IMG/VR virus record: IMGVR_UViG_3300041964_000076
Span: 1,498 to 65,497 of that record
Source: a virus
Length of the DNA stretch: 64,000 nt
Strand: one strand, 5' to 3'
Below, one piece after another: positions 1-11,017 of this stretch; position 1 is the first letter of the stretch, and every line of letters starts with the position of its first letter. The translations under genes and the position numbers were made by a program. The notes under the pieces were generated by a model, which was given only the letters and a program-made list of their open reading frames with translations, was not told the origin of the DNA and made no database searches.

Positions 1-103
1 CAGCACTTAGTCAGACGATCGCTGCTTTAAGAGCTTTGATTTTCCCCAACTCACGCCGATCGCCCTTGTTTGGCACTCAAAGCCTCACCCATCGCATCAC
101 CTC

Positions 104-484
104 TTAGTCAAACGAAATTTGAGGGGCTAACGCATCCCAATCAACACGACTGATGGTTTTCAAATCATCAATACTAGTGAAGCGTTGATCGGGTCGGGTA
201 TTCCGTAGCATGACAAGTTGCCTTGCTACCTTTAGCCCAACACCGCTTAAACCATCAGCGATCGCTTCAGCCGTAGCCGTATTGATTGCGATGGCTTGCG
301 GTGGTTCTATTTCTTCCTGAACTTCGATGGATGGTGTTGCCTCCTCAGTTGTAGGGATTTCGACTGGGGCGATCGGTTGTATCGTTAGCCCCAGCGCTTC
401 TGCTAAATCATCAGGAATGTCAGCCTCACCTGCTGGGTAAAACTGACCTTTCCACCCGTAGCTTCTGTCTAAGGTCGTTTTCAC
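104..484 (-). CDS. Helix-hairpin-helix (ComEA-like) DNA-binding protein
   Basis: C-terminal INTATAEAIADGLSGVGLKVARQLV...FTSIDDL matches the HhH_3 pattern. Confidence 0.75.
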   Translation of the reverse strand: MKTTLDRSYGWKGQFYPAGEADIPDDLAEALGLTIQPIAPVEIPTTEEATPSIEVQEEIEPPQAIAINTATAEAIADGLSGVGLKVARQLVMLRNTRPDQRFTSIDDLKTISRVDWDALAPQISFD

Positions 485-492
485 TTAACCTC

Positions 493-1625
493 CTAAGCTG
501 CTACTGGCTTTTGAACGTTAATCACAGCAACGCTTTCCGGTTCCTGAATGACCGGGAAGGCTGTAGCAAAGCCCTGAGCATCTAAGCCCACAGGTTTCAT
601 GTTGCTAGACCGTGCCCGAATCACACGACCGGGGCGATCTTCCCCAACGGCAGTGCCGATCGCGTAGTAGCCTAGTGTGTCTTCGACAATCTCAAACTCA
701 TTACCATCAGTGCCCGTTGCAAACTCTTCGGTTCGTCCCGTGGCAGCACAAAGTACGAGAGAACCACGCGGCTTGAAGAAGTGAGTATTAATTTGATCGC
801 GGTATCGTAGGTCATAAAGCTCCATCGGTGGCAGACCCATGTTGCCAGTCAAGTAAGCGTTGATGGAAGCGGCATCAACCAACCCACGCGAGATGTAAAG
901 GCACCATTGTTGATCGCTAGTGATCCCATTTTCTGCTTTAACAGCAGGGTTTTTTGCCATTGCTGAAAGGATCTGGGTGTCGCCAATCATTCGGTTAACC
1001 TGATAGCCCTTGTCAGATAACAACGCAACCTGGTTGAAAATATCTTCAAACGGATCGTAGGTGCCGTCTGTTTCGTACCAGCCTGCGGGGTTTGCTGTCG
1101 TGCCACCTGGATGGTGATGCGGATGTCCCAGCCGGATTAGAGATAGGAATCTCATACGGCTACTTCATCCAATTGGGAAATCGTGATCGAAGCGTTACAA
1201 ATCCCTTGCCAGCGCTGCGCTTCTGCCTTTTCGATCATTGCCAGGATTGCAAGCGGTATTGATCCAATTGATCAGCGCTCGTTTAGGCTGCTACAGGGTC
1301 GCTAGCAGCAACTCATTTTATATTGTCGAAAATCCTTGCCAGTCAACTGTCTCGCAATGTCAATCTCACCCAGTCTCACTGAGAAGCTACCAAGCAATTC
1401 GCCCTTTTTAGTTGTGGCTCTGAATAGCGGGTGCCGTCATTGGCTACGACACTGAATAAACGATCCGATCTTCGGTAAATTCGTTAGATGGCACTAACCG
1501 TCAGGCAGTAGGGTTGCACCTAAGTAACGCCGTTGCTCCGTACCAAATTGCACCATTGGGTTACGAGCGATCGCCATCGGCTCATCCGATTCGATCAACT
1601 CACGCATCAAGCTCCAAATATCCAT
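493..1625 (-). CDS. Major capsid protein (frameshifted; ORF 493-1155 is the C-terminal part)
   Basis: AGGAGG RBS and ATG at 1625 (MDIWSLMRELIES...); position after decoration and scaffold genes; capsid-like C-terminus FPVIQEPESVAVINV. Confidence 0.7.
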
Positions 1626-1638
1626 TGATCAAGTCCTC

Positions 1639-2313
1639 CTATGCTTGCCCTTTGAGGCAGTTGTAATTTGCTCGAATCCAGGTCTTTTGAGGCGTGGGAA
1701 GACTTGCCCAATTCGGCAGAAAGTTTTCATAGACAACGTTTCCAGCTTTCGCCATGTACATTTCGCACTCTGGATCGTCAAAGGCGTTATGCACGTCGAA
1801 AAAGAGGATGTGGATCTCGTCATCTGGTGTGGTTACATCAGCAGGACCGTAGCCAATACCTGCATCACGCTCGGCATAGGTGCGACCAATTAAAGTGCCC
1901 GCTTCCACATAAAGCGATCGGCTACCTGATGGGTTGTAACTAGCGGTATCAGCAGCGACTAAGGCTTGTGGCAGTGCTTCAACGGCGATCGTGGTTGCGC
2001 CCTTCATCGCGTTGGCAGTCGTCTTGGCATACTTGCCTGCGCCAGTGAAGTCTAGAAGTGTGCCAGCCGGAATCAGAATGGTTGTGTTCGTCGTTTCAGC
2101 ACGGTTATCAGTTAGCGCTGTGACTGTGACGGAGGTTGCGCCCTGTGCAGCATTGGCACCAACGGTAACGACGATCGCATTACTAGACGCAGTAAAAGCA
2201 GCAGCATTCAAGAATGCGCCACCTGGAACAAGAACTTTTGGTTGATGTTGCGGAGTGCCTGACCATGCAGGCGATACCCGATCGAATGACTTGGCTAAAA
2301 CGCGAGGACGCAT
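1639..2313 (-). CDS. Head decoration/capsid accessory protein
   Basis: Ala/Thr-rich, EAGTLIGRT motif, immediately upstream of capsid. Confidence 0.6.
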   Translation of the reverse strand: MRPRVLAKSFDRVSPAWSGTPQHQPKVLVPGGAFLNAAAFTASSNAIVVTVGANAAQGATSVTVTALTDNRAETTNTTILIPAGTLLDFTGAGKYAKTTANAMKGATTIAVEALPQALVAADTASYNPSGSRSLYVEAGTLIGRTYAERDAGIGYGPADVTTPDDEIHILFFDVHNAFDDPECEMYMAKAGNVVYENFLPNWASLPTPQKTWIRANYNCLKGQA

Positions 2314-2320
2314 AAAAGAA

Positions 2321-2366
2321 ACCCTTTGTGTGGGATAGGGGTTGAATCCTTCCCCTCACAAAGGGT
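2321..2366 (-). promoter_or_regulatory. Stem-loop immediately upstream of the decoration gene start
   Basis: ACCCTTTGTG...CACAAAGGGT inverted repeat ending a few nt before the ATG at 2313. Confidence 0.4.
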
Positions 2367-2454
2367 CTGGTGCGCTCACAGAGCAAATACTTTGGCTACA
2401 CAGTAACCGTTAGATTTTTCAATACAGTCTCATCTGAGACTAATGTAACCCAAG

Positions 2455-3169
2455 TTTAGAAAAGCGCAACTATGCCGTCTTCTTTTTGGGAGGACCCGTA
2501 AAAGTGCTAGCCAGAATAGTATTAGCATTAACCTCTTTTTTCAGTTCCGTTGGTGGCGCTGATGGTGTTCGTCGGGGTGCTGGATCGTTGCCAGTCGGTG
2601 CAGCTACTACAGGGAACAAAGCGTTTTCTACCCAACTACCCTAGCCCTTGAGCGTGTTCTCTTAAAGGCTTTTTATTTGTTTTCGCCTCATCAAGAACAA
2701 AAACATCATTGTCTTCAATCAGGAAGCGATCGCTCGGTAGATTGATTAAAGTCGCCAATGCATCTGCATTCGTTCCAACTTTTGAAGCAATACGCTCATA
2801 GGTTAAACCTTTTTCAAGGTTGCCCATCTTCGCCTCAGTTTCAGCCAGCTTTGTTTCTGCGGTGGTGCGTGCTGCCTCTGCCTCAGTAATTTTGTGGTGA
2901 GGTCTTTAATCTTGCTAATTTCTCTTCGACGTCTCACCTTCTGCCACGTGGACACTGTTTCATCCAACAACTTTTGCAACTGCTCAGACTTTTGTTGCAG
3001 CTTCTTTTTCTCGTTTAAGATTTCAGCCTTGGAAGTGATGACGCGATCGCGCTCCTCTTCAAGTCGGCTTTATTTTGCCAATCTCACTACTTACAGCCGC
3101 ATAAATATCGGCACGGTTAGGCAAAGCATCACAGTTTTGAATGGCGGCAAGAGCGGCTTGAAGATCCAT
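2455..3169 (-). CDS. Capsid scaffolding protein (frameshifted, end approximate)
   Basis: ATG 3169 MDLQAALAAIQNC; coiled-coil E/K-rich middle; Pro-rich tail; located between head morphogenesis and decoration genes. Confidence 0.5.
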
Positions 3170-3277
3170 GTGTCGGGTAAGTTGTCAAGAGCTTTATAAA
3201 CATTATGCCCTAAGCGCTATGAGATGGCGATCTTAAGCAGATAGAGTTGATTTGGATCGTTATTGAGCGATCGCTTG

Positions 3278-3628
3278 TTAGACCCAGCGATCGCATAACC
3301 TTTCGCCTTCCAAGTAAAATTCACGTTGACCAGTTCTGACTAAGCTCACTATCAAAGCCGATGAATCTTCATGATCTATGACTTCTAATTCACGGGTCAC
3401 AGAATCAGGAATGCCACCAGGAATACTTTTCCCGTACTCTAAAAGATGGGCTTTGGTTTCAGCGTTTCTTTCGTCTTGCCATGTTTTAATTTTCGCTTTG
3501 GCAGTGTCGCCATCCAAACTGAAGCGATCGGCAACGTGTTGAATGAGCCACGCTCTAGCAGTTTCATTTGTCAAAACTGGTGCACTCTCTGGCTTTGACG
3601 GCATCACAAAACCTTCTTCTTTTAACAC
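3278..3628 (-). CDS. Hypothetical protein
   Basis: ORF in head operon. Confidence 0.35.
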   Translation of the reverse strand: MLKEEGFVMPSKPESAPVLTNETARAWLIQHVADRFSLDGDTAKAKIKTWQDERNAETKAHLLEYGKSIPGGIPDSVTRELEVIDHEDSSALIVSLVRTGQREFYLEGERLCDRWV

Positions 3629-3720
3629 TTCACTAGCTAGGCTTGGCTCAGGATGTCATTCATTGCTAACCTGCTAAAGATTGCTGCTATCAATACTAAG
3701 CGATCACGGTTTGCGCCAGG

Positions 3721-4347
3721 CTATGAAACAACGGCATCGCCCTGAGCAACTGCAATTGGTGCCAGTGGTACAATCTCGGCAGCAGGTACAAACTGACCTT
3801 GTGTGCTGTAGATGGGGCACTCGGGGCAATGTTGAGCCTGTGGATCAAGGCTGCGCTTACCCACGAAGCCATCTCTAATTTTTGTTGTTTTCTCGGCTTG
3901 ATGGAATGATAGCGCGGTCGATCGCCCGTACTGTGATGCTCTCGCAAGTGCCTGCTTCTCAGTAACTTCTCCTCTCGCCAAAGCTTGAGCAAACTGGTCG
4001 ATCGCCTGATACTCTTTTGCTAACCTTGCCCCGACAAAACCATACTGCTGTTGAGTCATCTGGAGCTTGCCACCACTGCCCATAAGGGCTTGACGTAAAT
4101 GACTACTCTTGACGCTAGCTGCCATGCGCTCCTGCCATTCAGAGAGGCTAATTTTTCCCGATGCCATGAGGCGGGTATGCCCTTGCAGTTGGATGGCGGT
4201 ACGTTGCGCTTCTGCGTCTACGACTTGCAGGACGGTAGCGCGATCGACAAACCGTTTGCTCTGAGCATTGCGGAATGCCCTAGAGTCTTGACGTATTCCA
4301 GTGTCGTGCGAGTGCCACCAATGAGTTCCGTGATCATTAAAGTCCAT
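3721..4347 (-). CDS. Head morphogenesis (minor capsid, gpF/gp7-like) protein
   Basis: C-terminal AQHCPECP motif, helical N-terminus, head-operon context. Confidence 0.6.
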   Translation of the reverse strand: MDFNDHGTHWWHSHDTGIRQDSRAFRNAQSKRFVDRATVLQVVDAEAQRTAIQLQGHTRLMASGKISLSEWQERMAASVKSSHLRQALMGSGGKLQMTQQQYGFVGARLAKEYQAIDQFAQALARGEVTEKQALARASQYGRSTALSFHQAEKTTKIRDGFVGKRSLDPQAQHCPECPIYSTQGQFVPAAEIVPLAPIAVAQGDAVVS

Positions 4348-4356
4348 TAAAGTATT

Positions 4357-4793
4357 TCACTTGTAGAGATGATCAACGATTTGCCGCATACAGCTACCAA
4401 CGCAATAAGCTAACAGTTCCTCGTCATTGTCTATTTGTTCGCCAAGCTTGAGGCGATCGATTACTCTCAAATAGCTAGTGGCTAGATGTACTGACTCGTG
4501 GCTGATACACTCAGATCCCAACCTTTCCTTACTGAAAGGACATCGCCAATCTTGGGTGCTTTTACAATTTGCCCATCGTTTGTATAACGTTCGCGCCACA
4601 CGGGGACCGTTAAAGCACCGTAGCCACCATGTTTATCTCTGTCATGCGTTGACACCTTTGCACCAAAAGCCCACATCGCCTCATTGTCAGCAAAGATGTG
4701 CACATTGTAGTAATGCCTCATCGTAAGCTTGAATGGGTTCCACTTGCCTGGGTTGATGCTGAACTTAGCTATGCGATCGCTAATCCTCACCAT
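4357..4793 (-). CDS. Putative zincin-like (HExxH) metallopeptidase, two frames joined
   Basis: ORF 4482-4793 joins 4357-4599, which carries ISHESVHLA and a distal EELLAY. Confidence 0.5.
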
Positions 4794-5289
4794 CGCACTA
4801 GACCTCTTCGATTTTGATTGTCACCAATGAGTTGCGCTGTCATAGCAACAAGTTAAAAGGATATACCGTACGGGCATAGATACACTCTCCATTGAAGTGA
4901 ATGGTTTCTACCTCGTCATCGTCAGGGCAAACCGTAATTGCTTTTGCAAGAGCGATCGAGTGATTGGCAGCTTTATACGGGTTTGACTTCAGCCCGTATT
5001 TGCTTTTAGCAAGATAGCTAGACTTGCCATAGCCTTCAATTACTGAGAAAGTTTTGTTGACCTTGTTTTTGTTTTGGAGGTATTTACTGATTATAGAAAC
5101 CGAACAAAATAGAACCCTAAGCTCGGAAAAAGCTGATGTGATCTTTCTTGTTGTTATTTGAACTACTCCAGGTTTTGCTTCTTCAATGCCCCAAATCTCC
5201 CAGCCTGAAGCTTCCCAAACTTTAAGGTCAGTCTGAGACTCAACAACCCAATACTCATCGCCGTGTATATCTTGCTCATCTTCATGTGG

Positions 5290-5490
5290 CTAACGATTTG
5301 CCGCATCAATGTATTGCGCAATCTCTTTGTCACCTTCAGCGATCGCCCGGTTCACATCGCCTTGAGTCAGGACAACTTCACCGCGATCGTTCGTCGGTTG
5401 CGACTTGACGAGTGAAATAGGTTGACCCACTGGTTTAATTGTTGGTTGTGGTTCGGTTGACATTAGGGATACTCCGGTAGTGGCATCCAC
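5290..5490 (-). CDS. Hypothetical protein
   Basis: Short ORF in head operon. Confidence 0.3.
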   Translation of the reverse strand: MDATTGVSLMSTEPQPTIKPVGQPISLVKSQPTNDRGEVVLTQGDVNRAIAEGDKEIAQYIDAANR

Positions 5491-5972
5491 GCGATCGCGT
5501 CAATCTCCCAGTCGCGATCGTCGGGGGTGAAGCCATTGGGATACTTTGCAAAACCCAGTTCAAAAGTCCCAGAGACGCATTCTACTTTTGCACCATCTCG
5601 ATAAGCAATTAAAACTCTTTGCTGGTTCTCAGGGCTTTGCTCCTCTATGGGTATCCATTTGGCTTTAGTTGTTTCCGACTGCTGTTGTGCATTGTTATCA
5701 GGATTCACAGCAGGTTTGGATTGCGTCTCATTTAACAACCTATGAGCCTCTAGCACACGCGCAAGCCTGTTCAGCATATGCATTGACTTTTCTAAGTTAT
5801 CCCGTTCAGCACCGACAATAGGATAAAGAAGTTCATGATGCTTGATAAGATCAGTTTTCTGTAGCCAATACCAGTCCAGAGCGTTTGAGAAACGTGAAAG
5901 CTCCCTTCGGATCGACAAAGCTTGATCGATCATTGACTCAAGACTGAAGTTAGCTTTCTGCTGCTTTTTCAT
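5463..5972 (-). CDS. Hypothetical protein with C-terminal DUF551-like domain
   Basis: WIPIEEQSP...VLI...AIAWMPLPEYP. Confidence 0.55.
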   Translation of the reverse strand: MKKQQKANFSLESMIDQALSIRRELSRFSNALDWYWLQKTDLIKHHELLYPIVGAERDNLEKSMHMLNRLARVLEAHRLLNETQSKPAVNPDNNAQQQSETTKAKWIPIEEQSPENQQRVLIAYRDGAKVECVSGTFELGFAKYPNGFTPDDRDWEIDAIAWMPLPEYP

Positions 5973-6207
5973 TGTTGTCAGGGTTTTAGTGGTTGATCAG
6001 TCATCGCGTCTAGTTTTTAGAAAGAAGTGGGCAGCTAGTAAATTACAGACGAGCGAGATTAAGCGGTGAGATTCAAAAAGAGGAGCGTTAAAGGCAGAAA
6101 AATTGCCTTGTATAAGAGATTTTTTGGTGCAGTACGGTTCAAGTCGCTCTCGGAAAGCCATCAAGTCTTCTTGAAGCTTCTGACCCATTTGGATTAATTG
6201 TTCTTCA

Positions 6208-7818
6208 TCAGATAGCTGTCTCTGCGGCTCGATCGCCATTAGCATCTCCTGGGTTTAGTGGTCTGTTTGGATCGCTAGGTGTCACGCTTGCTGGAATCAA
6301 GCCAAGCTCTTGCAACGCCAAGATTAATTGCTGATTGTCAATCTGACCTAACGTGGCCAGACTGGTCAGCGTAGTAGCAGCGTTTTCTTCTGATGCCTCA
6401 TCCTTAATAAGTTGCTGCTCCGCATCCGTATCCTCTATGCCTGCTGCTGACATTGCCGTGGAGCGCGATCGTAGTTTAGCCGCATAATCTTCACGGTTCT
6501 CTCTCCTTTCCTCAGGCAATGGGCTAGACGTACTCAGGCGCAACTGTACGGCTACGTCTAAGCCTTCATAGGCTTCTGGGTTATCCACCATCAGCATCAG
6601 GGCAGCGCCGAGAATCCCACCGATCGCGCTTTGCACCGTGTTCCGGTGTTCTTCTAGCGTGGTGTCAAAGTCCTGTCTAGATTGCACTCTGGCAATACCA
6701 CTCATGTTGAGGTCAGTGGCTAACAGATGTCCTTGCCCCATCTGGTGATAGATGATGGAGGTAGCGAGAACGTGCGATCGCTCAAACGTTTCAACGTTCA
6801 CAGGTTCTCGATAATTTACCGAGGGGTTAGAGTAGCCCGTTATATTATCTTCAGCATCAAAGTTCGGTGTGCCCTGGATAAATGCGGTTTGCCCAACTCC
6901 GATCTTAAAGTTGTTATCAGGCACGAAAGTCTTGACACCATTCACTTCATCCCAGTGCCCCGGTGGTTGAGCGCCCAGGATGATTCGCTCTAAGAACCCT
7001 GCCTGTTCCAGATTCCGCATGAGCATCGTGAGGACAAAGTTAGCAGCGCTCTGCGCGTCTCTCGCTGATTGAGTGATCAATGATGGTGCAGACATCTTAT
7101 AGACGGTGTAGCGCCCGCCTAGATTCAAGCGGATCTCTTCATCATCTAGAAGCCTGTTTCTCATTTGAGTCTAGAGTTTGGATGACAGTCTCGCCTGTCA
7201 CCTCGTCAATAATTGAGACTCAATAAAGTCAACGTTGTCTATCTGATAGCGGTAGTAAATTTTCTCTAGAAACTTATCAGCATCATAGATAAGCTCGATC
7301 GCTCCCATATCAGGCGAGTGAATGGCAACACGACGAATCGGATCATCGGCATTCTCAAACCGCTTCGGAGTCCAGATCCTTAAATATGCCTCGCCTGCTA
7401 CTGCTAAATCTTTGACAGCCTTCTTAAAGGGATCGCCCATGTCTGCTTCTTGAGTTTGACTCAAAGACTGAATGCGATCGATCCACCGTCTGTATCAATA
7501 ACTCGGCTTCAGTTGCCGCTGAGTTGGCGCTTCTCCTTCGTGCCTTCTTCCGGTTCAGTCTCCACCCGATCGCCGCTTTCGTCCTTAAAAAACCAGTTAG
7601 GGAAGCGACCAATCAGCGCACGTACATGGCGATCGATGCAGTTGCGGATCAGGTTGTTGGTTTGAGAAACCCGCTCGATCGCCGCATTAAACTCTTCAGC
7701 ATTGGGGTCGTTCTCGTCAACCTTGGGGCCAATCCAATAATCGAACAGATTCAGTCCCTCATAGTAGTCGAGGTTCTCTTGTCTCCAATCCTTCCGCCAA
7801 CTACTTTTTTGCCTTCAT
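6208..7818 (-). CDS. Portal protein (split into several frames)
   Basis: Directly downstream of TerL; fragments LDYYEGLNLF..., NLIRNCIDRH, 7198-7464 and 6208-7164 read as one protein of about 530 aa. Confidence 0.7.
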
Positions 7819-7838
7819 GATGCAATTTTACTCTGGTG

Positions 7839-9155
7839 CTAATAAGTGGCGTAAGAAACAGCGGCGATCGGTCTATGCCGTGCATTTTTCTTGTTTTTGA
7901 TCAGTGGCGATAGAGCGTATCTTCCAGAATCCCAACAGTGGTTAAACTTATCCACGATCGCAGGCAGTATGTCACCAGCGGCATTGGTCTTGTATTTATA
8001 CAGTCTGCATTCTTCAATGGTTTTAGGGCATTGCGGATGCACAATAATCTGATCGAAGTTTCTTAGAAAAGCAATCCCGTCCTCAACCGACCCTTGCCAC
8101 TTTTCAGCCCCAACCAGCTTAGGAATGCCCGTGCGTCTGACAAAGTTAATCGTGTCAGGTCTTGAGCTATCAGCCCTAACTACGTGCTGCTCAATGCCTG
8201 GAAGGTCGCGCATCCAACGATCGGCAATCTTGTCAAGTTCAAGACCGATCGCCCATGATTCGCGCTCAACATAAAGACGGCGATCGTTAATCCATAGCTT
8301 AATTGCTGCTGTTGGATCAGCAGCAAAGCCCCAGTCTCCACCAAAGTACGGCCCATCCCAATCGGGCATCGGCTCAAACTCATCAATCTTCCATTTGCCG
8401 CTGAGTACCTGTAGCTCAGATTTAACGTTATAGCCACCCATCCAAACGTGATGGTAATAATCAGGATCGCGTGCCCGGTCGATCGCCATTTCTTCGAGCG
8501 ACTCTTGTGGCAGCTTCGGATTGTCGCAGTAGTTCACTTCAACAACGATCGCACCCTTTGGTAAGCCTTCATCCCCTCTAAAAAACTGATCAACGGCATC
8601 CGTAGGTTGATCAGGGTTCCAAGTAAACCAAATCTCAGAACCAGGGGCACGAATGGTTGGACGCAGCAGGGAGAGCGATCGACCGCTTAAGTTTTGCGCT
8701 TCTTCTACCCAGGCAATGCCAAAGCCTTCTAATGACTTAATCGAGTCTGCTGTATGGTCTTGCATCCCCTGAAAGATGATGATGCCGTGTCCATCTTTGC
8801 GCCGGATCTCAGTCGTCAAGACTTCAAAAAGATGGGAGACTCCTAACGCTTGAATCTTGTTCTCAATCAGTGCTTTAGCCGAAAACTTCAGCGACTTCTG
8901 GATCTCACGGATGCACACCGATCGCAGGTTACTATCCTCAACCATTCTCTGAACCAAGCGCTCTGCAAAGTGGTGAGACTTGCCGCCTGATCTGCCACCG
9001 TGTGCCCCTTTGTAGCGAGAGGGGGCAAGTAGAGGCGATGCCCATTCAGGCACGTCAATTTCTAGCGTTTTTGAGATGTGGCTAGGTTGCTGTCGTCTGC
9101 GTTTGTCTCGCAGTCCCTTAAGCGTGTTGACTCGACTGATGATCGACAGGCTCAC
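7839..9155 (-). CDS. terL: Terminase large subunit, PBSX family
   Basis: Walker A GGRSGGKS, WVEEAQ Walker B, FTWNP, DWGFAADP and DKFNHCWDSGRYAL nuclease motifs. Confidence 0.95.
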   Translation of the reverse strand: MSLSIISRVNTLKGLRDKRRRQQPSHISKTLEIDVPEWASPLLAPSRYKGAHGGRSGGKSHHFAERLVQRMVEDSNLRSVCIREIQKSLKFSAKALIENKIQALGVSHLFEVLTTEIRRKDGHGIIIFQGMQDHTADSIKSLEGFGIAWVEEAQNLSGRSLSLLRPTIRAPGSEIWFTWNPDQPTDAVDQFFRGDEGLPKGAIVVEVNYCDNPKLPQESLEEMAIDRARDPDYYHHVWMGGYNVKSELQVLSGKWKIDEFEPMPDWDGPYFGGDWGFAADPTAAIKLWINDRRLYVERESWAIGLELDKIADRWMRDLPGIEQHVVRADSSRPDTINFVRRTGIPKLVGAEKWQGSVEDGIAFLRNFDQIIVHPQCPKTIEECRLYKYKTNAAGDILPAIVDKFNHCWDSGRYALSPLIKNKKNARHRPIAAVSYATY

Positions 9156-9501
9156 TTAATGCCTCATACGCTATTTTGAGTTCTCCAACAATCTTGCAAG
9201 CTCCAGCGATCGCATGAATAACTTTCGCATCCTCTTCAGTAGCAGCAAGAGGCATCCGACGATTGAGTTCAGTCAAGCCCACCTTAATTGTCTTGGTAGC
9301 GTCTGATTGCCAGTCAATCATAAGGATGCGCTTTTTAAGGGTGAAAGATTCGGAAAGTTTAGGATCTGAAGCAGATCTTCCCCTGTAATTGTAGATGGTT
9401 CGGCTTGTGATGCCCCAACGTTTAGCAGTAGCATCATCGCCAAACAGTTCTGCCTCTGCCAGTATTGATGATGCCTTCTCGTAAGGGAACTTTTGAGCCA
9501 C
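9118..9501 (-). CDS. terS: Terminase small subunit
   Basis: N-terminal HTH (AKRWGITSRTIYNY), overlaps TerL start. Confidence 0.7.
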   Translation of the reverse strand: MAQKFPYEKASSILAEAELFGDDATAKRWGITSRTIYNYRGRSASDPKLSESFTLKKRILMIDWQSDATKTIKVGLTELNRRMPLAATEEDAKVIHAIAGACKIVGELKIAYEALSEPVDHQSSQHA

Positions 9502-9823
9502 CCAAAAACCTTCTAATTAAATTGGCATTATCCAATCATGCCCTAGATACAAGGCTTTGCGCTAACCATCAGTGCCGCCAAGTTCATTTATCATTAGCCT
9601 TAACCTTTCAAGTTCAGAGCCAACGCTTTCTGAGTCGATAAGTTTTGCGGTTTTAAGATGGCAGCAAGCCTCGCTGATTTCTTTTAGCGCTTGATTAGCT
9701 TTGATAAGGTCGTCTAAACATTGACTGTCGCCAGTCTCTAATCGTCGGGAAAGCGCCTTCTGAGATTCCCAAAGGCAGCTTTGCATGACGTACGCAATCT
9801 GATAACTAAAATTCGTTGGGGAA

Positions 9824-10237
9824 TCACTCATTACTTTGCCCACGCACTGCCAAAGCCTCGTCGATCGCCTTTTTTGCTTGCTCTAACGCTTCCAAAGGGC
9901 TAGCCACAAAGACAATTTCCATTTGAGCGCTGGCAACATCGGCACCAGCAAACCACTTATAGGCTATGCAAACACCATCACGCATTAGCTCAAAAACTTG
10001 TATCGGCTGTCCTTCGTAAGTGGCTACACACGCTAAGTTTTCTTGTACAGGGTCTAACGCAGCTTCTTCCGGTTCTGGTTGGCTGTCAGGCACTATCTTA
10101 GGGCGCTTGAAGACAAAATAATCCGTAGTGACACAAACCAACTCCCATCCCTGTGAACCCTCCTTGTTCAGGCGATCGGCTGGATTAAAGGGAGAAAATA
10201 CATCTGGCAGCGTTTTATATTCCCAGGTGACAGCCAT
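9824..10237 (-). CDS. DUF4177-like domain protein
   Basis: MAVTWEYKTL...LNKEGSQGWELVCV. Confidence 0.5.
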   Translation of the reverse strand: MAVTWEYKTLPDVFSPFNPADRLNKEGSQGWELVCVTTDYFVFKRPKIVPDSQPEPEEAALDPVQENLACVATYEGQPIQVFELMRDGVCIAYKWFAGADVASAQMEIVFVASPLEALEQAKKAIDEALAVRGQSNE

Positions 10238-10521
10238 CAATCCTCCGTTAAATGCCGATCGGTCAATTCTTCGGGTAAGCAGCGCAGCAAACGGGCGATC
10301 GGTGGTAGATGTTCTGCTTTCAGTTGAGTTCTCCCCTGTTCCACTCTGGCGATATATTGCACGTTTACCGCGATGCCATCTGCCAACTCTTGTTGTGTCA
10401 TCTCCCAAAAAGCACGGGTGCGGGCAATGTTCCTACCAATGATATTCGGTTGTTTAATGCCTGTCTTTCGTCGGATAGAATCGGTCACTATCATTTTTCG
10501 ATAGCTAATATCATTTATCAA
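10237..10521 (-). CDS. XRE-family HTH transcriptional regulator
   Basis: IGRNIARTRAFWEMTQQELADGIAVNVQYIARVEQG. Confidence 0.85.
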   Translation of the reverse strand: MINDISYRKMIVTDSIRRKTGIKQPNIIGRNIARTRAFWEMTQQELADGIAVNVQYIARVEQGRTQLKAEHLPPIARLLRCLPEELTDRHLTED

Positions 10522-10582
10522 TAGTAACGCCGAATTTTGAAACCACAGCGGCTAGATTTGAGGCGTAGCGTTCATACCTGCG

Positions 10583-11017
10583 ATGTTCTTACGCGCTGAA
10601 CAAGTCATTAATTCATTGCCAGCACCAACTTACTTGCGTCCTAACTTGACGCTGAGTTTTACCGTTTCTGACGGGGCAAGAACAACTGATAGCGCTGGTA
10701 ATGACATCTCAGGCAGACGCTTTGTGATCATTAAAGCTTCGGTGAAGGAACCCACACGGCAACCCACCGACGAGACAAGCCCTGGTGCTGGTACTGCCAC
10801 GATGCTACTTGAAGGTCGCTTAGTCGATCCAAAGTATTTACCTGAAGGCATAAGTCAAGAGTCGATCGCCCATGCCGAATTGAAAGATGAGACAAGTGGC
10901 GCAACCATTACGGGTGACTTTAGGTTTCTGCCAACCACGCAAAACCGAACGAGCGCCATTACTAAAAAGTTTGGTCAAAGAATAGTTGGAGAATTGTTCT
11001 CAGGGAGTGCATCCTGA
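10583..11017 (+). CDS. Putative head-tail joining/closure protein
   Basis: First gene of tail operon; beta-rich; position only. Confidence 0.45.
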   Translation: MFLRAEQVINSLPAPTYLRPNLTLSFTVSDGARTTDSAGNDISGRRFVIIKASVKEPTRQPTDETSPGAGTATMLLEGRLVDPKYLPEGISQESIAHAELKDETSGATITGDFRFLPTTQNRTSAITKKFGQRIVGELFSGSAS

